Shown here: piece after piece, positions 1 through 12,462 of the stretch | Position numbering within the stretch: the stretch's first letter is position 1 | Layout: each line of letters opens with the position of its first letter | DNA from: an uncultured Chloroflexia bacterium | GTDB lineage: Bacteria; Chloroflexota; Limnocylindria; Limnocylindrales; CSP1-4 | Direction of reading: 5' to 3' | Assembly (NCBI GenBank): GCA_963833225.1 | Contig: CAWHXD010000019.1 | Span: 800,001 to 864,000 of the forward strand | Length of the DNA stretch: 64,000 nt | The notes under the pieces: generated by a model | Databases searched by the model: none | What the model was told of the DNA's origin: nothing | The model's input: only the letters and a program-made list of their open reading frames with translations | Translations under genes and position numbers: made by a program

Positions 1-701
1 CGGCTGCCGAGCGCCGTGAACAGCAGCGGCGCCGTCTCGCCCATCGCGCGGGCGATCGCGAGCATCAGGCCCGTGAGGATGCCCGACAGCCCCGTTGGGA
101 TGACCACGGACAGCACCGTCCGCCACACGGGAATGCCCAGCGACAGCGACGCCTCGCGAAGCGTCCCGGGGACGATGAGCAGGATCTCCTCCGTGGTCCG
201 CATGATCACCGGGACCATGATCACGGCCAGGGCAACGCTGCCGGCGAAGGCATTGAACTGCTTGAACGGCAGCACCAGGAACGTGAACACGAAGATGCCG
301 ACCAGGATCGAGGGCACGCCCACGAGGACGTCCGCCGCAAACCGGATCACCGACGCCGATCTCCGGTCGCTGAACTCGTTGACGTAGACGCCGGCGAGGA
401 TGCCGAACGGCACCGCGATCAACGTCGCGAGGCCCACCATCTGGAGCGAGCCGAGGATCGCGGCGACGGCGCCGCCACCGATGCCCAGTGCCCGCGGGGG
501 CCTGGTCAGCAGGTCGAGGTTGACGGCGCCGATGCCGTTGATCGTGACGAAAGCGACGATGAACAGCAGCGGCACGATCCCCGCGATGGCCGCCACCAGC
601 GACAGGGCGCGGAACAGGCGATCGACGAGGCTGCGGCGCCGGTCCGAGGCAGAGCGGACGAGCACGCTCCGGACCGGGATGGCGGGCGTCGAGGCGGTCA
701 T
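1..701 (-). CDS. pstA: Phosphate ABC transporter permease PstA (3' end runs off the window)
   Basis: Manual minus-strand translation from ATG at 701: MTASTPAIPV...GVPSILVGIF...LREASLSLG...ARAMGETAPLLFTA; directly downstream of pstC. Confidence 0.93.
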   Translation of the reverse strand, partial: MTASTPAIPVRSVLVRSASDRRRSLVDRLFRALSLVAAIAGIVPLLFIVAFVTINGIGAVNLDLLTRPPRALGIGGGAVAAILGSLQMVGLATLIAVPFGILAGVYVNEFSDRRSASVIRFAADVLVGVPSILVGIFVFTFLVLPFKQFNAFAGSVALAVIMVPVIMRTTEEILLIVPGTLREASLSLGIPVWRTVLSVVIPTGLSGILTGLMLAIARAMGETAPLLFTALGS

Positions 702-705
702 GGCA

Positions 706-1665
706 TCAGTCTCCGCGGACCCGGCCGGCGACACGCCACACGAGCAGCCGGGCGACGATGTTGAGCCCGATCGTCATCACCAGCAGGATCAGCCCGAGGG
801 CGATCAGGCTCGACGTCTGGAGCCCGATCGACGCTTCGTTGAAGGTGGTGGCGATCTTGGAGGCGATCGTCTGGGCCTGGTCGAACAGGGAGGTCGGGAT
901 GTCCTGCGCGTTGCCGATGACCATGGTCACGGCCATCGTCTCGCCCAGGGCGCGTCCGAGGCCCAGGATGACCGCGCCCACGATGCCCGACCGGGCGGCC
1001 GGCAGCACGGCCTTGGTCACGACCTCCCAGCGCGTCGCGCCGAGCGCGAACATCGCCTCCCGCTGGGCCATCGGCACCGAGGTGATGACCTCGCGCGAGA
1101 CGGAGACGATCGTGGGCAGGATCATGATCGCGAGGATGACGCCGGCTGCGAACAGCCCGATCCCGAGCGGCGGACCCTCGAACAGCGGAATCGCGCCGCC
1201 GAGGGCGCCCACCAGGAACGATTCGACGGTGCCCTTGAGGAACGGCGTCAGGACGAACACGCCCCACAGGCCGATGACAACCGACGGCACGGCGGCGATC
1301 AGCTCCACGAGGAAGGTCAGCGGGATCGCGACCCGGCGAGGGGCGAGCTCGGCCAGGTAGACGGCCGTGAGCAGTGCGATCGGGGTGGCGATGACCAGCG
1401 CGATCGCCGCGGACAGCAGCGTCCCGACGATGTATGGCAGGGCACCGAACACCTCGGCCACCGGGTCCCAGGTGGTGCCGGTGATGAAGTCGAACAGCCC
1501 GAAGTGGCCGATGGCCTCGGCGCTGCTCAGCGCGAGCATCCCGGCCAGCAGGACCAGGAGGGCGATGACCGCATACGCGGAGAAGCCCGCCGTTCCCCGG
1601 AACAGGCGGTCCACGATCTTGCCGGAGCCGTGCGCGAATCGCTCCGGGGTCGCCTGCGTCGTCAT
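706..1665 (-). CDS. pstC: Phosphate ABC transporter permease PstC
   Basis: TWDP...FGALPYIVGTL, ELIAAVPSVVIGLWG, REAMFALGATRWE, GRALGETMAV motifs. Confidence 0.96.
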   Translation of the reverse strand: MTTQATPERFAHGSGKIVDRLFRGTAGFSAYAVIALLVLLAGMLALSSAEAIGHFGLFDFITGTTWDPVAEVFGALPYIVGTLLSAAIALVIATPIALLTAVYLAELAPRRVAIPLTFLVELIAAVPSVVIGLWGVFVLTPFLKGTVESFLVGALGGAIPLFEGPPLGIGLFAAGVILAIMILPTIVSVSREVITSVPMAQREAMFALGATRWEVVTKAVLPAARSGIVGAVILGLGRALGETMAVTMVIGNAQDIPTSLFDQAQTIASKIATTFNEASIGLQTSSLIALGLILLVMTIGLNIVARLLVWRVAGRVRGD

Positions 1666-1723
1666 CGGGTGATCCTCGAGGTGCAGTGGGTCGCGTGGCC
1701 AGCGTAGCCGGGAACGTGGACGA

Positions 1724-1759
1724 CCGACCGGCCCCGCTCCAAGCTGCGGGACCGGTCGG
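1724..1759. terminator. Stem-loop between pstS and pstC (mRNA-stabilising or partial terminator)
   Basis: CCGACCGGCCCCGC-tccaagct-GCGGGACCGGTCGG inverted repeat just 3' of the pstS stop. Confidence 0.55.
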
Positions 1760-1786
1760 AGGAGGAGGAGGGGAGTGAGCTGAACC

Positions 1787-2917
1787 TCAGGGCCAGACCG
1801 CGGACCCGTTGGCGGTGATCTTGTGGAGCTCGGCGATGGCCATCTCCTGGATCGGCGTGGGCAGTGGTGCGTATCCGAGCGCGTTCTCCTCGGCCTGGCC
1901 GTCGGTCAGGGCCCAGTAGGTGAAGGCGACCATCGCCTGCGCCTTGTCGGCATCCTTCCAGTCGACCGGGATGAGGAGGTAGGTGTACGAGGCGATCGGG
2001 TAGGTGTCGGCGCCGGGGCCGTTGATGATCGGCGCCTGCCGGAAGTCGGCCGGGAAGTCCGCGGCGGCGGCCTCAGCAGCGGCCGTGACGCCGGCGGTGG
2101 AGCCCGCGACGAAGTCCCCATCGGCGTTCTTGACGTTTGCCGAGGTGAGGCCGGTCTGGGCGGCGTAGTTGAGCTCGACGTAGCCGACGGTCCCGTCCGT
2201 CTGCTTGACCCCGGTGGCCACGCCATCGTTGCCCTGGGCGCCGATGCCCACGGGCCACGCGACCTCCTTGCCTTTGCCGACCTTGGAGCTCCAGTCGGGG
2301 CTCACGGTGTCGAGGTAGGTGGTGAAGGCGTTGGTGGTGCCGGAGCCGTCGCTGCGGTGGACCACCGTCACCGCGAGGTCCGGCAGCGTGGCGCCCGGGT
2401 TGAGCGCGGCGATCGCCGGGTCGTTCCACTTGGTGATGGTGCCAAGGAAGATGCCGGCGATCGCATCGGCGTCGAGGTTGAGGTCCGTCACGCCCGACAC
2501 GTTGTAGATGACGACCACTGCGCCGAGGGCGGTGGGCACGTGGAGCAGGGTCACGCCGGCCGGGAGCGCCGCGATCTCCTCGTCCTTCATCGCCGCGTCC
2601 GACGCGCCGAAGTCAACCGTCTGCTCGGTGATGGCCTTGATGCCGCCCCCGGATCCGATCGACTGGTAGTCGAACTGGATGTTGCTGTGCGCGTCCGTGA
2701 AATCCTGGAACCAGACCTGGTAGAGCGGGTCCGGAAAGGTGGCCCCGGCTCCCTGCAGGGTCAGGCTGGCCGATCCCGGCATCGGGGCATCGGCTGAGCC
2801 ACCACCTGGGGCCTGGGTGGCCGGCGCGGTGGTGGCTGCCCCACCGCCGCAGGCCGCGACGAACATCGTCGAGGCGAGCGCGAGGGCGCCGATTCGATTG
2901 GTGGAGCTGAGCGTCAC
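1787..2917 (-). CDS. pstS: Phosphate-binding lipoprotein PstS
   Basis: GAGATFP, YQSIGSGGG, DFGASD, RSDGSGTT motifs; lipobox VAAC; GAGGAG RBS before GTG at 2917. Confidence 0.96.
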   Translation of the reverse strand: MTLSSTNRIGALALASTMFVAACGGGAATTAPATQAPGGGSADAPMPGSASLTLQGAGATFPDPLYQVWFQDFTDAHSNIQFDYQSIGSGGGIKAITEQTVDFGASDAAMKDEEIAALPAGVTLLHVPTALGAVVVIYNVSGVTDLNLDADAIAGIFLGTITKWNDPAIAALNPGATLPDLAVTVVHRSDGSGTTNAFTTYLDTVSPDWSSKVGKGKEVAWPVGIGAQGNDGVATGVKQTDGTVGYVELNYAAQTGLTSANVKNADGDFVAGSTAGVTAAAEAAAADFPADFRQAPIINGPGADTYPIASYTYLLIPVDWKDADKAQAMVAFTYWALTDGQAEENALGYAPLPTPIQEMAIAELHKITANGSAVWP

Positions 2918-2967
2918 GTAGGGACTCCTCATTCTTCTGCTTGCCGGTCCCACGATCGGGTCCGGCG

Positions 2968-3118
2968 GTCAACGGGTGGTGTGCACGGCGTTAAGGCCCG
3001 GTTAACGCTCCGGGGGATCGAGCCGGTAGCCGCTGTCGGGGGAGGCACGGCGACCACGGAGCGAGGATCTCCGGCAAGCGTCAACGCCGCGTTGGGCGGT
3101 CGTTAACGCGCCGTCAAC
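2968..3118. promoter_or_regulatory. Two arrays of PHO-box-like direct repeats with 11-bp period
   Basis: GTCAAC(2968)/GTGTGC(2979)/GTTAAG(2990)/GTTAAC(3001) and GTCAAC(3080)/GTTGGG(3091)/GTTAAC(3102)/GTCAAC(3113), between divergent pstS and ppx. Confidence 0.72.
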
Positions 3119-3242
3119 GAATGGCGGTCGCGAGTGATCTGGGCAGGCGCGGCCGGCGCCAGCGCGGTCGGCCCGCGTGGGGCAGACTGGCCGCTGCAGG
3201 GCACCACGCGCGATGGTGCCCAACCGGACACAGGAGGACGCG

Positions 3243-5493
<2,251 letters not shown>

Positions 5494-6837
5494 AGGCATC
5501 GTGTCCCGGACCCGGTGCGGCTCGACGGGCCCGACCGCCCGCGCGCCAAGACCATCGACCTGGGCGAATGCCACGTAGGCGTCCAGCCATCGCCGGTACC
5601 GCGCGGAGTCCAGCTCCCTGACGAGCACCTCGCGGGCCGTGTCGCGCTGCGTGCCCCAGGAGCGCAGCAGCGGTTCGAACGCGGTCCGTTCCGCAACCGG
5701 CAGGTCGGCCCGGTAGGCCTCCCCGGCCTCGATCAGGACGTCGAGATCGCGCACGGCGCCCAGGTCGTGCGCGACGGACTTGAGGCGACGCGTGTATCGG
5801 CTGGTGTACCGGCGATCGAAGGCGTCACCGAAGACGCGCCAGGCGGCCCGCTGCCGGCGGGTCGCCACGCGCATCGCATGGAGCTCCTCGGGATCATGGC
5901 TCTCGCGCATCCCGGCCTCGCGGGCGATCATCCGGGCCAGGTGGAAGCGGAGGACCTTGCGACCGGCCTCCGCGAGGTGGTCGTCGGCCACGACCCCCGG
6001 GGCTTTTGGGACGACCAGCCGCGGGGGTGCGGGGACAGGCTCCGCGGGCGCCGCATCATTCGCGGGCACCGCCGCGGGTCCGGGCTCCGCCGCCCTGGCG
6101 GTCGCGGGCGCTGTCGGGGCCGCAGGCGCCGCCGTCCTGGCGGGCCCGGCTGTTGGTCTCGGCTCGACGGCCGGTCCCGCGGCCGGCGTGGCCGACTCGC
6201 GCAGGACGGCCTCCATGGCCCGCTCCAGCTTGGAGGTGTCGGAGGGAACGAGCTCCTCGATCTCTGACAGGAGGTCCGCAAACGGCTCGAGCACGGCTTC
6301 CTCGCCCTCGCGCAGCTCAACCTCCAGCTCGGCGAACCGTTCGATCACGCGCTCGGCGACCATGACCTCGACGTCGTCCACGGAGAGCTCCACGATCGCG
6401 CCCGCGGCACCGTAGTTGCGCCGCCGGCGGACCTGCCGGATCTGGACCAGCTCACGCAGCGGCGACGTGCCGGCGATGGCCAGCACGGCTTCCCGGGCCC
6501 CCGACACGGGCCAGGCGGCAGGTTCGGTGTCCGGGTCCGCCGGCCCCTCGAGCTCCAGCCGGCGATGGGCAGCCCCGCCGTCATCCTCGCGCCGCAGGCC
6601 CTTGAGGGTGATCAGGGTCTCCTTGCCGCTCGTCCGCAGCCGGCCCGCGTACCCGGCGGCGGCGAGGGCTCCGCCCGCGGTGTCGACGTAGCGATCCTCG
6701 TGGACGATCGTCGTCCGGCGGTGCGAGCGCGGGCAGGCCGGCAAGCTCGTCCGTGCCCAGCAGGCGATCGCCGGCCGAGGTGTCCGTCATGTGGTACTTG
6801 AGCTCGACCTCGAACGGGCGGCCACCGTCGGCCTCGC

Positions 6838-9009
6838 TCACGCGCGAGGATCCATCGAGCCCGCCGGCGCATTCGACCGGTGCACGGCGTCCGCCAGCGC
6901 GAGCGCCGATGCCGCGTCGTCCTTGAGAACCGCGAAGGCCTCGACGGTGCCCTCGCGCGATTCCATGACCTCGGTCCGGAGCCAGCGGCCATCATTCCCC
7001 AGCTGCCATGACCGCCGGTCGTCCGCGAGCATGACCTCGATGATCCGGCCCAGTCGCACGCGGGCCTCGTGGTCCTCGACGGGGGTCACCACCTCGACCC
7101 GCCGGTCCAGGTTGCGTTCCATCAGGTCCGCTGAGCCGATGTACCACTCGGGCCGCCCGCCGTTGTTGAACATCCAGATCCGCGAGTGCTCGAGGAACTC
7201 GCCGATGATCGACCGCACCCGGATCCGCTCGGAGACCCCGGCCACACCCGGGACCAGGCAGCAGGCGCCTCGGACGATCAGGTCGATATCGACGCCCGCC
7301 CTGGCCGCCTCGTACAGGGCCTCGATCGTCTGCGTGTCGACCAGGGAGTTCACCTTGAGCACGATCCGGGCGGGGTGGCCGGCACGGGCGTTGGCGGTCT
7401 CGCGTTCGACCAGCTCGAGGAAGCGCGTCCGGAGCGTGATCGGCGCGACCAGCAGGCGTCGGAAGACCCGCTGGCGCGACAGGCCCGTCAGCACGTTGAA
7501 CAGGTCCGTGACGTCGGCGCCCAGCTCCTCGCGGCAGGTGAGCAGGCCGAGATCCGTGTACAGGCGAGCGGTCTTGCCGTTGTAGTTGCCGGTGCCGATG
7601 TGGACGTAGCGGCGAAGGCCAGAGCCCTCGCGACGGACCACCAGCGCGACCTTGGAGTGGGTCTTGAGGCCGACCAGCCCGTACACGACGTGCGCGCCGG
7701 CGTGCTCCAGGCGCCGGGCCCAGACGATGTTGTTCTCCTCGTCGAAGCGCGCCTTGATCTCGACCAGGACGACGACCTGCTTGCCCTGCTCGGCCGCCCG
7801 GATCAGCGCACCGACGATCGGCGAATCGCCCGACGTCCGGTACAGCGTCTGCTTGATCGTGAGGACATCGGGATCATCGGCGGCCTGGTCGATGAACCGC
7901 TCCACGGATGCGGTGAAGGATTCGTATGGGTGGTGCAGGAAGAGGTCGCTCGCCCGGATCTGGGCGAACACGTCGACCGGCTCGTCCTCCTCCGACGGCA
8001 GCAGCCGCCCGGGGATGACCGGCGTGTGGACGGGGGCCTTGAGGTCCGGGCGATCCAGCGAGACCAGCTGCCACAGCGCGGTGAGGTCCACCATCCCCGC
8101 GACCTCGAAGGCATCCTCCTCCCGGACGCCCGTGCCCCGGATGAGGATCTGGCGGGTGAGCTCCGGCATCGAGCGTTCGACCTCGAGCCGCACCGCCTCG
8201 CCAAAGCGCCGGCGCCGGATCTCCTCCTCGATGGCGATCAGCAGGTCGTCGGCCTCGTCCTCCTCGACCGTGATGTCGGCGTCGCGGGTGACGCGGAACA
8301 GGTGCGTCTCCAGGATCTCCATGCCCCGGAACAGCTCGTCGAGGTTGGCCTCGATGACCTGGTCGAGCAGCACGAACTTGTCGCGCTCGACGGCGAACAG
8401 GCGCGGGAGGATGGGCGGGATCTTGACGCGGGCGAACCGCTTCTCGCCCGACTCCGGGTCCCTGAGCCCCACCGCGATCGACAGGCTCAGCGTGGAGATG
8501 TACGGGAACGGATGCCCGGGATCCACGGCCAGCGGCGTGAGCACCGGGAAGATCTCGTCGTGGAACCGCCGGCGGAGGGTCTCGTGGTGCTCCGGGACAT
8601 CCTCGTACTCGTAGATCTCCACGCCCTCGGCGGCGAGCTGCTCGCGGATCTCCGTCCAGATGAGGGAATGCTCGTTGACCAGCTCGCGAACCCGCTCCCG
8701 GATCGCTTCCAGCTGCTGGCCGGGGGTCAGGCCGTCCGAGCTGTGATGCTGCCCCATCGAGCGATCCTGGCGCCGGAGGCCGGACACGCGGACCTGGAAG
8801 AACTCGTCCAGGTTGGACGCGAAGATGGCCAGGAACTTCACCCGCTCGAGGAGCGGGTTCCGCGCGTCGCGGGCCTCGTGGAGGACGCGCGCGTTGAACT
8901 CGACCCAGGACAGCTCGCGGTTGAGGATCGGCCCCTTCTGGTCGCGTGCGGACCGTCGCCGGCCACGACCGGCGACGCGGGGCCCGGGTGCGGGTCGAAC
9001 GGTGGCCAT
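6838..9009 (-). CDS. ppk1: Polyphosphate kinase 1
   Basis: NRELSW, SNLDEFF, HPFP, HHPYESF, TLYRT, KARFDE, KTHSK, GTGNYN, FLEHSR, SADLMERNLDRRVE; start placed at ATG 9009 after AAGGA. Confidence 0.97.
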   Translation of the reverse strand: MATVRPAPGPRVAGRGRRRSARDQKGPILNRELSWVEFNARVLHEARDARNPLLERVKFLAIFASNLDEFFQVRVSGLRRQDRSMGQHHSSDGLTPGQQLEAIRERVRELVNEHSLIWTEIREQLAAEGVEIYEYEDVPEHHETLRRRFHDEIFPVLTPLAVDPGHPFPYISTLSLSIAVGLRDPESGEKRFARVKIPPILPRLFAVERDKFVLLDQVIEANLDELFRGMEILETHLFRVTRDADITVEEDEADDLLIAIEEEIRRRRFGEAVRLEVERSMPELTRQILIRGTGVREEDAFEVAGMVDLTALWQLVSLDRPDLKAPVHTPVIPGRLLPSEEDEPVDVFAQIRASDLFLHHPYESFTASVERFIDQAADDPDVLTIKQTLYRTSGDSPIVGALIRAAEQGKQVVVLVEIKARFDEENNIVWARRLEHAGAHVVYGLVGLKTHSKVALVVRREGSGLRRYVHIGTGNYNGKTARLYTDLGLLTCREELGADVTDLFNVLTGLSRQRVFRRLLVAPITLRTRFLELVERETANARAGHPARIVLKVNSLVDTQTIEALYEAARAGVDIDLIVRGACCLVPGVAGVSERIRVRSIIGEFLEHSRIWMFNNGGRPEWYIGSADLMERNLDRRVEVVTPVEDHEARVRLGRIIEVMLADDRRSWQLGNDGRWLRTEVMESREGTVEAFAVLKDDAASALALADAVHRSNAPAGSMDPRA

Positions 9010-9188
9010 GGATCCTTTCGGGTGCGCACGGGTCCGGCGGGTGGCGCGTGACGACGGCCGCACCCCCGTGTCCCGGTCGGACAATCGAGGATACCACTCG
9101 GGGTTGGGCCCCTCGGCCAGCGCGTTCTCTCCCGTGGGTCGAGCCGTCAGGTTCAGCGCCCGGCCGCGAGCCGGCTCCGATTGTGGCG

Positions 9189-9917
9189 TCAACGGCCGGT
9201 TGCGAGGCGGCTCCTGGGGCCATCCAGCACCGCCCACACGATCGCCGGGCCGGGCCACGGCGCGCTGCCCGCCAGGGCGGCGACTGCGTCGTCCGGGTGG
9301 GCGGGGTAGGCGACCCGCAGCTGGCGTCCGAACTCCTGCGCGACCGCCCTGGTCGCGCGCGTGCGCCGCACCACGAGCAGGCGGCTGATCGCGGGCTCGT
9401 CGCCCAGGTGGCCCCAGCCCTCCCAGCTGGGCAGCGACTCCGCTTTCATGGCCTGCCAGCGGATCAGCTGCTCGAGGCGCCGCAGCTCGCTCTGCAGCTC
9501 GGACGCGACGATCAGCCTGGCACCCGGGTCATGCAAGACGGCGTCGATCCAGCCACGATTTGGGCGTCGCACCGCGACCTCGGTGGCGACCTGCCAGCGG
9601 GGATGCAGCATGCCGAGGAGCAACTCGAGGAGGCGCGCCTGGTGCCGATCCCGGATGGCTGGTCCGGTGTTGGGGTAGACCCGCAGGCTCAGATCCGCAC
9701 CAAGGGCCGTTGCCAGGCGCTCGTATGTCTCAATGGACGGCCGCGCCGCGCCAGCTTCAATCCGGTCGAGATAGCGGCGATCGACACCCGCCTCGCAGGC
9801 AAGCCGAGTCCGGCTGACGCCGGCGTCCTCGCGGAGGCGGATCAGATCCTCAGCGATGCTGGCGTGGCGACGCCGAACCGCCCGCTGGATCCTGGTGTCA
9901 AATGCTGGCCCGGGCAT
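9189..9917 (-). CDS. XRE-type HTH protein with C-terminal PD-(D/E)xK-like domain
   Basis: LREDAGVSRTRLACEAGVDRRYLDRIEAG (HTH_3); EVAV...GWIDAV...ASELQS resembles a restriction-endonuclease-like core. Confidence 0.7.
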   Translation of the reverse strand: MPGPAFDTRIQRAVRRRHASIAEDLIRLREDAGVSRTRLACEAGVDRRYLDRIEAGAARPSIETYERLATALGADLSLRVYPNTGPAIRDRHQARLLELLLGMLHPRWQVATEVAVRRPNRGWIDAVLHDPGARLIVASELQSELRRLEQLIRWQAMKAESLPSWEGWGHLGDEPAISRLLVVRRTRATRAVAQEFGRQLRVAYPAHPDDAVAALAGSAPWPGPAIVWAVLDGPRSRLATGR

Positions 9918-10143
9918 GCATCCATTGAAGCGAACGACACTCACCCGGGACTTACGCGGCGCGAGCAGGGACTCCACGTCGCACAGACCGTCCGCCACGC
10001 GGCTGCGCGGGGCGCCGGAGTCCCCTCAACGCGCCCAGATCGGGCCGCTACGCCCGATATCAGGGATTGTCAGACCCTGATCGGCCGGTGCTGAAGCCGT
10101 GTCGGTGACGTGGGGTCCCCGGACGGCGCCGTGCCCTCGGTCC

Positions 10144-10497
10144 TCAGCCCTCCGGGACGTACCGCCGCTCGCCCGTCGCGGGGTCCACCCAGACGCGCAT
10201 CGCGACGCCCGTGGTGGGGTCCACGAATCGCTCCTCGCTGGGTCGGAAGCGGGGCTCCACGGCGCGCGTCTCGCCCCCGCCGGGCCCGTGGGCGTCGCCG
10301 GTTCGCTCGGCGTGGAGGGACCGGTAGCGCGTCCGCTCCAGGAGCACCGCGGCAATGAGCGCTGCGCCCGGTACGAACAGCGTCAGGGCAGATATGAGCG
10401 ATCCGGCGGGACCGCCAACCGCCGCGGTGGCGATCCCGGCCAGGATCAGGAGCAGCCCGAGGCCTCCGATGAGGCCCCGGGCGAGGGTCACCCCCAC
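10144..10497 (-). CDS. Small two-TM conserved hypothetical membrane protein
   Basis: Two hydrophobic helices and a C-terminal ERFVDPTTG...VWVDPATGERRY; operonic with YbjQ. Confidence 0.75.
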   Translation of the reverse strand: MGVTLARGLIGGLGLLLILAGIATAAVGGPAGSLISALTLFVPGAALIAAVLLERTRYRSLHAERTGDAHGPGGGETRAVEPRFRPSEERFVDPTTGVAMRVWVDPATGERRYVPEG

Positions 10498-10500
10498 CGG

Positions 10501-10875
10501 CTACTCGACCGGCTGTGCAGCCGCCGCGAGATCGCCACCCGGCTGCGCTGCCGAGGCATCGGGCACGACCACGACCGCGGTCCCGTAGGCCACGATCTCC
10601 GACATCGTCCCGGCAAGCTCCGAGGAGTCGAAGCGCATCGAGATCACGGCGTTCCCCCCGACCATCGTCGCGTTCTGGACCATCCGGTCGATGGCCTGCC
10701 GGCGCGTGTCTTCGAGGAGGCTCGTGTACTCATGGATCTCGCCGCCCGCGATCGAGCGCAGGCCGGCGATGAGGTTGCCGCCGAGGCCACGGCTCCGGAC
10801 CACCAGCCCGAAGACCTGCCCCCGGGTCTCCGCAACGCGGTGCCCGGCGATGAACGGCGTGGTTGCGATGATCAT
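10501..10875 (-). CDS. YbjQ/UPF0145 heavy-metal-binding family protein
   Basis: MIIATTPFIAG...GGEIHEYT...GGNAVISMRFDS...AYGTAV. Confidence 0.92.
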   Translation of the reverse strand: MIIATTPFIAGHRVAETRGQVFGLVVRSRGLGGNLIAGLRSIAGGEIHEYTSLLEDTRRQAIDRMVQNATMVGGNAVISMRFDSSELAGTMSEIVAYGTAVVVVPDASAAQPGGDLAAAAQPVE

Positions 10876-11252
10876 CGATCCCCTCCATGCCAATGCTGGC
10901 TGTCGGTTGATGGCTGCTCGCGACGGCGCGTGCATTCGTCGCACGGGCACATGTCGCGCAGCAGCATGAACGTGTGGAACCCGGTGGCGTGGCCGTCGCC
11001 CCAGGTCGGCTGGATCGCGTAGGACCCGACCAGGGCGACATCCACGAGCCTGGTCTGGTCGGGCGTCAGGGTGGGGTTGGTGTCGAGCCACCCCGGCATC
11101 CCGGCCTCGCCCCGGCAGTAGGCGCACGGGCATAGCCAGCGGAGCTGGGTGGTGTCGAAGCCCGTCGCGTGGCCGTCGGCCCACTCGACGCGGAGCGTTC
11201 CGGCGGCACGATCCGCGTCGATGCGCTGGGGGGTGGTCCGGGGATCTTGCAC
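10872..11252 (-). CDS. DUF971 (GBBH-like N-terminal) domain protein
   Basis: WADGH, LRWLCPCAYC, VGSYAI, WGDGHATG, plus a second CPCDEC. Confidence 0.88.
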   Translation of the reverse strand: MQDPRTTPQRIDADRAAGTLRVEWADGHATGFDTTQLRWLCPCAYCRGEAGMPGWLDTNPTLTPDQTRLVDVALVGSYAIQPTWGDGHATGFHTFMLLRDMCPCDECTRRREQPSTDSQHWHGGDR

Positions 11253-11283
11253 GTCTCGATGCTACTCCGGGTCCGGCCCGGCA

Positions 11284-11322
11284 GCCCGGCAGTTGCCCGC
11301 CCGGCAGTTGCCCGCCCGGCAG
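11284..11322 (+). repeat. 15-bp intergenic tandem repeat GCCCGGCAGTTGCCC (~2.6 copies)
   Basis: Seen directly between the divergent DUF971 and ABC genes. Confidence 0.7.
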
Positions 11323-11424
11323 CCCCGCGGGCCGGCGAACCGACGGACCGGGACCATCTCCGGCTACTCGACCGGGACCTTCCCACCGTGGTCAGGGCGC
11401 GTGGCGCCGGTATGCTCGCGACAC

Positions 11425-12462
11425 ATGTCCCTCGTCATCGACCATCTCTCCAAGCGGTTCGGGTCCGTCGTCGCCCTCGATGACCTCACCTTCGAGGTCC
11501 CGCCCGGGCAGGTGTTCGGCTTCCTGGGGGCCAACGGCGCGGGCAAGACGACGACGATGCGGATCGCTCTCGGCGTCCTTGAGCCCGACGCCGGCCGCGT
11601 CACATGGCGTGGCACCGAGAGCCACCGCCTGCCGCGTTCCACCTGGGGTTACCTTCCCGAGGAGCGCGGTCTCTACCCCCGGATGCGGGTCCTGGACCAG
11701 CTCGTGTTCTTCGCCGGCCTCCAGGGCGTGTCGCCGGAACGGGCGAAGCGCGAGGCGCTGGCCTCGCTGCATCGGTTCCGGGCCGACGATCTCGCCTCGC
11801 GCCGCGCCGAGCAGCTGTCCAAGGGCAATCAGCAGAAGGTCCAGTTCATCGCCGCGACCCTGCACAACCCGCAGGTCATGCTGATGGACGAGCCGTTCAC
11901 CGGCCTGGACCCCGTCAACACGATGCTCCTGCGCGAGGCATTCCTCGAGCTCCGTGACCGCGGCCGGACCGTCATCTTCTCGACCCACCAGATGGAGGTC
12001 GCCGAGGCCCTGTGCGAGTCGGTCGCGATCGTCGACCGCGGGCGGATGGTGGTCGGCGGGCCGTTGCGCGAGGTCCGACGGGCGAGCGGCCGGCGGATGG
12101 TCCGTGTCTCCGTCGACGGTGACCACCGCCTTCCGTGGCTGGCCAGCGTCCCGGGCACACGCGTGATCCAGGCGGGCATGGACCGTTCCACGATCGAGCT
12201 TGACCAGGGCGTTGAACCCGACGCCGTCCTCGCGGCGGCGGTTGGTGCCGGCGCGCGCGTCACCCACTTCGAGATCGCCGACCCGTCGCTGGAGCAGATC
12301 TTCATCGACTTCGTCGGGCGGCCCGCGGACGAGGAGACCCACCTCGCCCCGCCACCGCCCGGCGCCGACGAACCCGATCCGGCCGAACCCGATCCGGTTG
12401 CGCCCGACGGAGCCGACCTGGCACGTTGGCGTGCGTCGGGTGATACCGAGGGCGCGGCGTGA
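11425..12462 (+). CDS. ABC-2 transporter ATP-binding protein (NatA/YhaQ-like)
   Basis: GANGAGKT, LSKGNQQK, MDEPFTGLDP. Confidence 0.92.
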   Translation: MSLVIDHLSKRFGSVVALDDLTFEVPPGQVFGFLGANGAGKTTTMRIALGVLEPDAGRVTWRGTESHRLPRSTWGYLPEERGLYPRMRVLDQLVFFAGLQGVSPERAKREALASLHRFRADDLASRRAEQLSKGNQQKVQFIAATLHNPQVMLMDEPFTGLDPVNTMLLREAFLELRDRGRTVIFSTHQMEVAEALCESVAIVDRGRMVVGGPLREVRRASGRRMVRVSVDGDHRLPWLASVPGTRVIQAGMDRSTIELDQGVEPDAVLAAAVGAGARVTHFEIADPSLEQIFIDFVGRPADEETHLAPPPPGADEPDPAEPDPVAPDGADLARWRASGDTEGAA

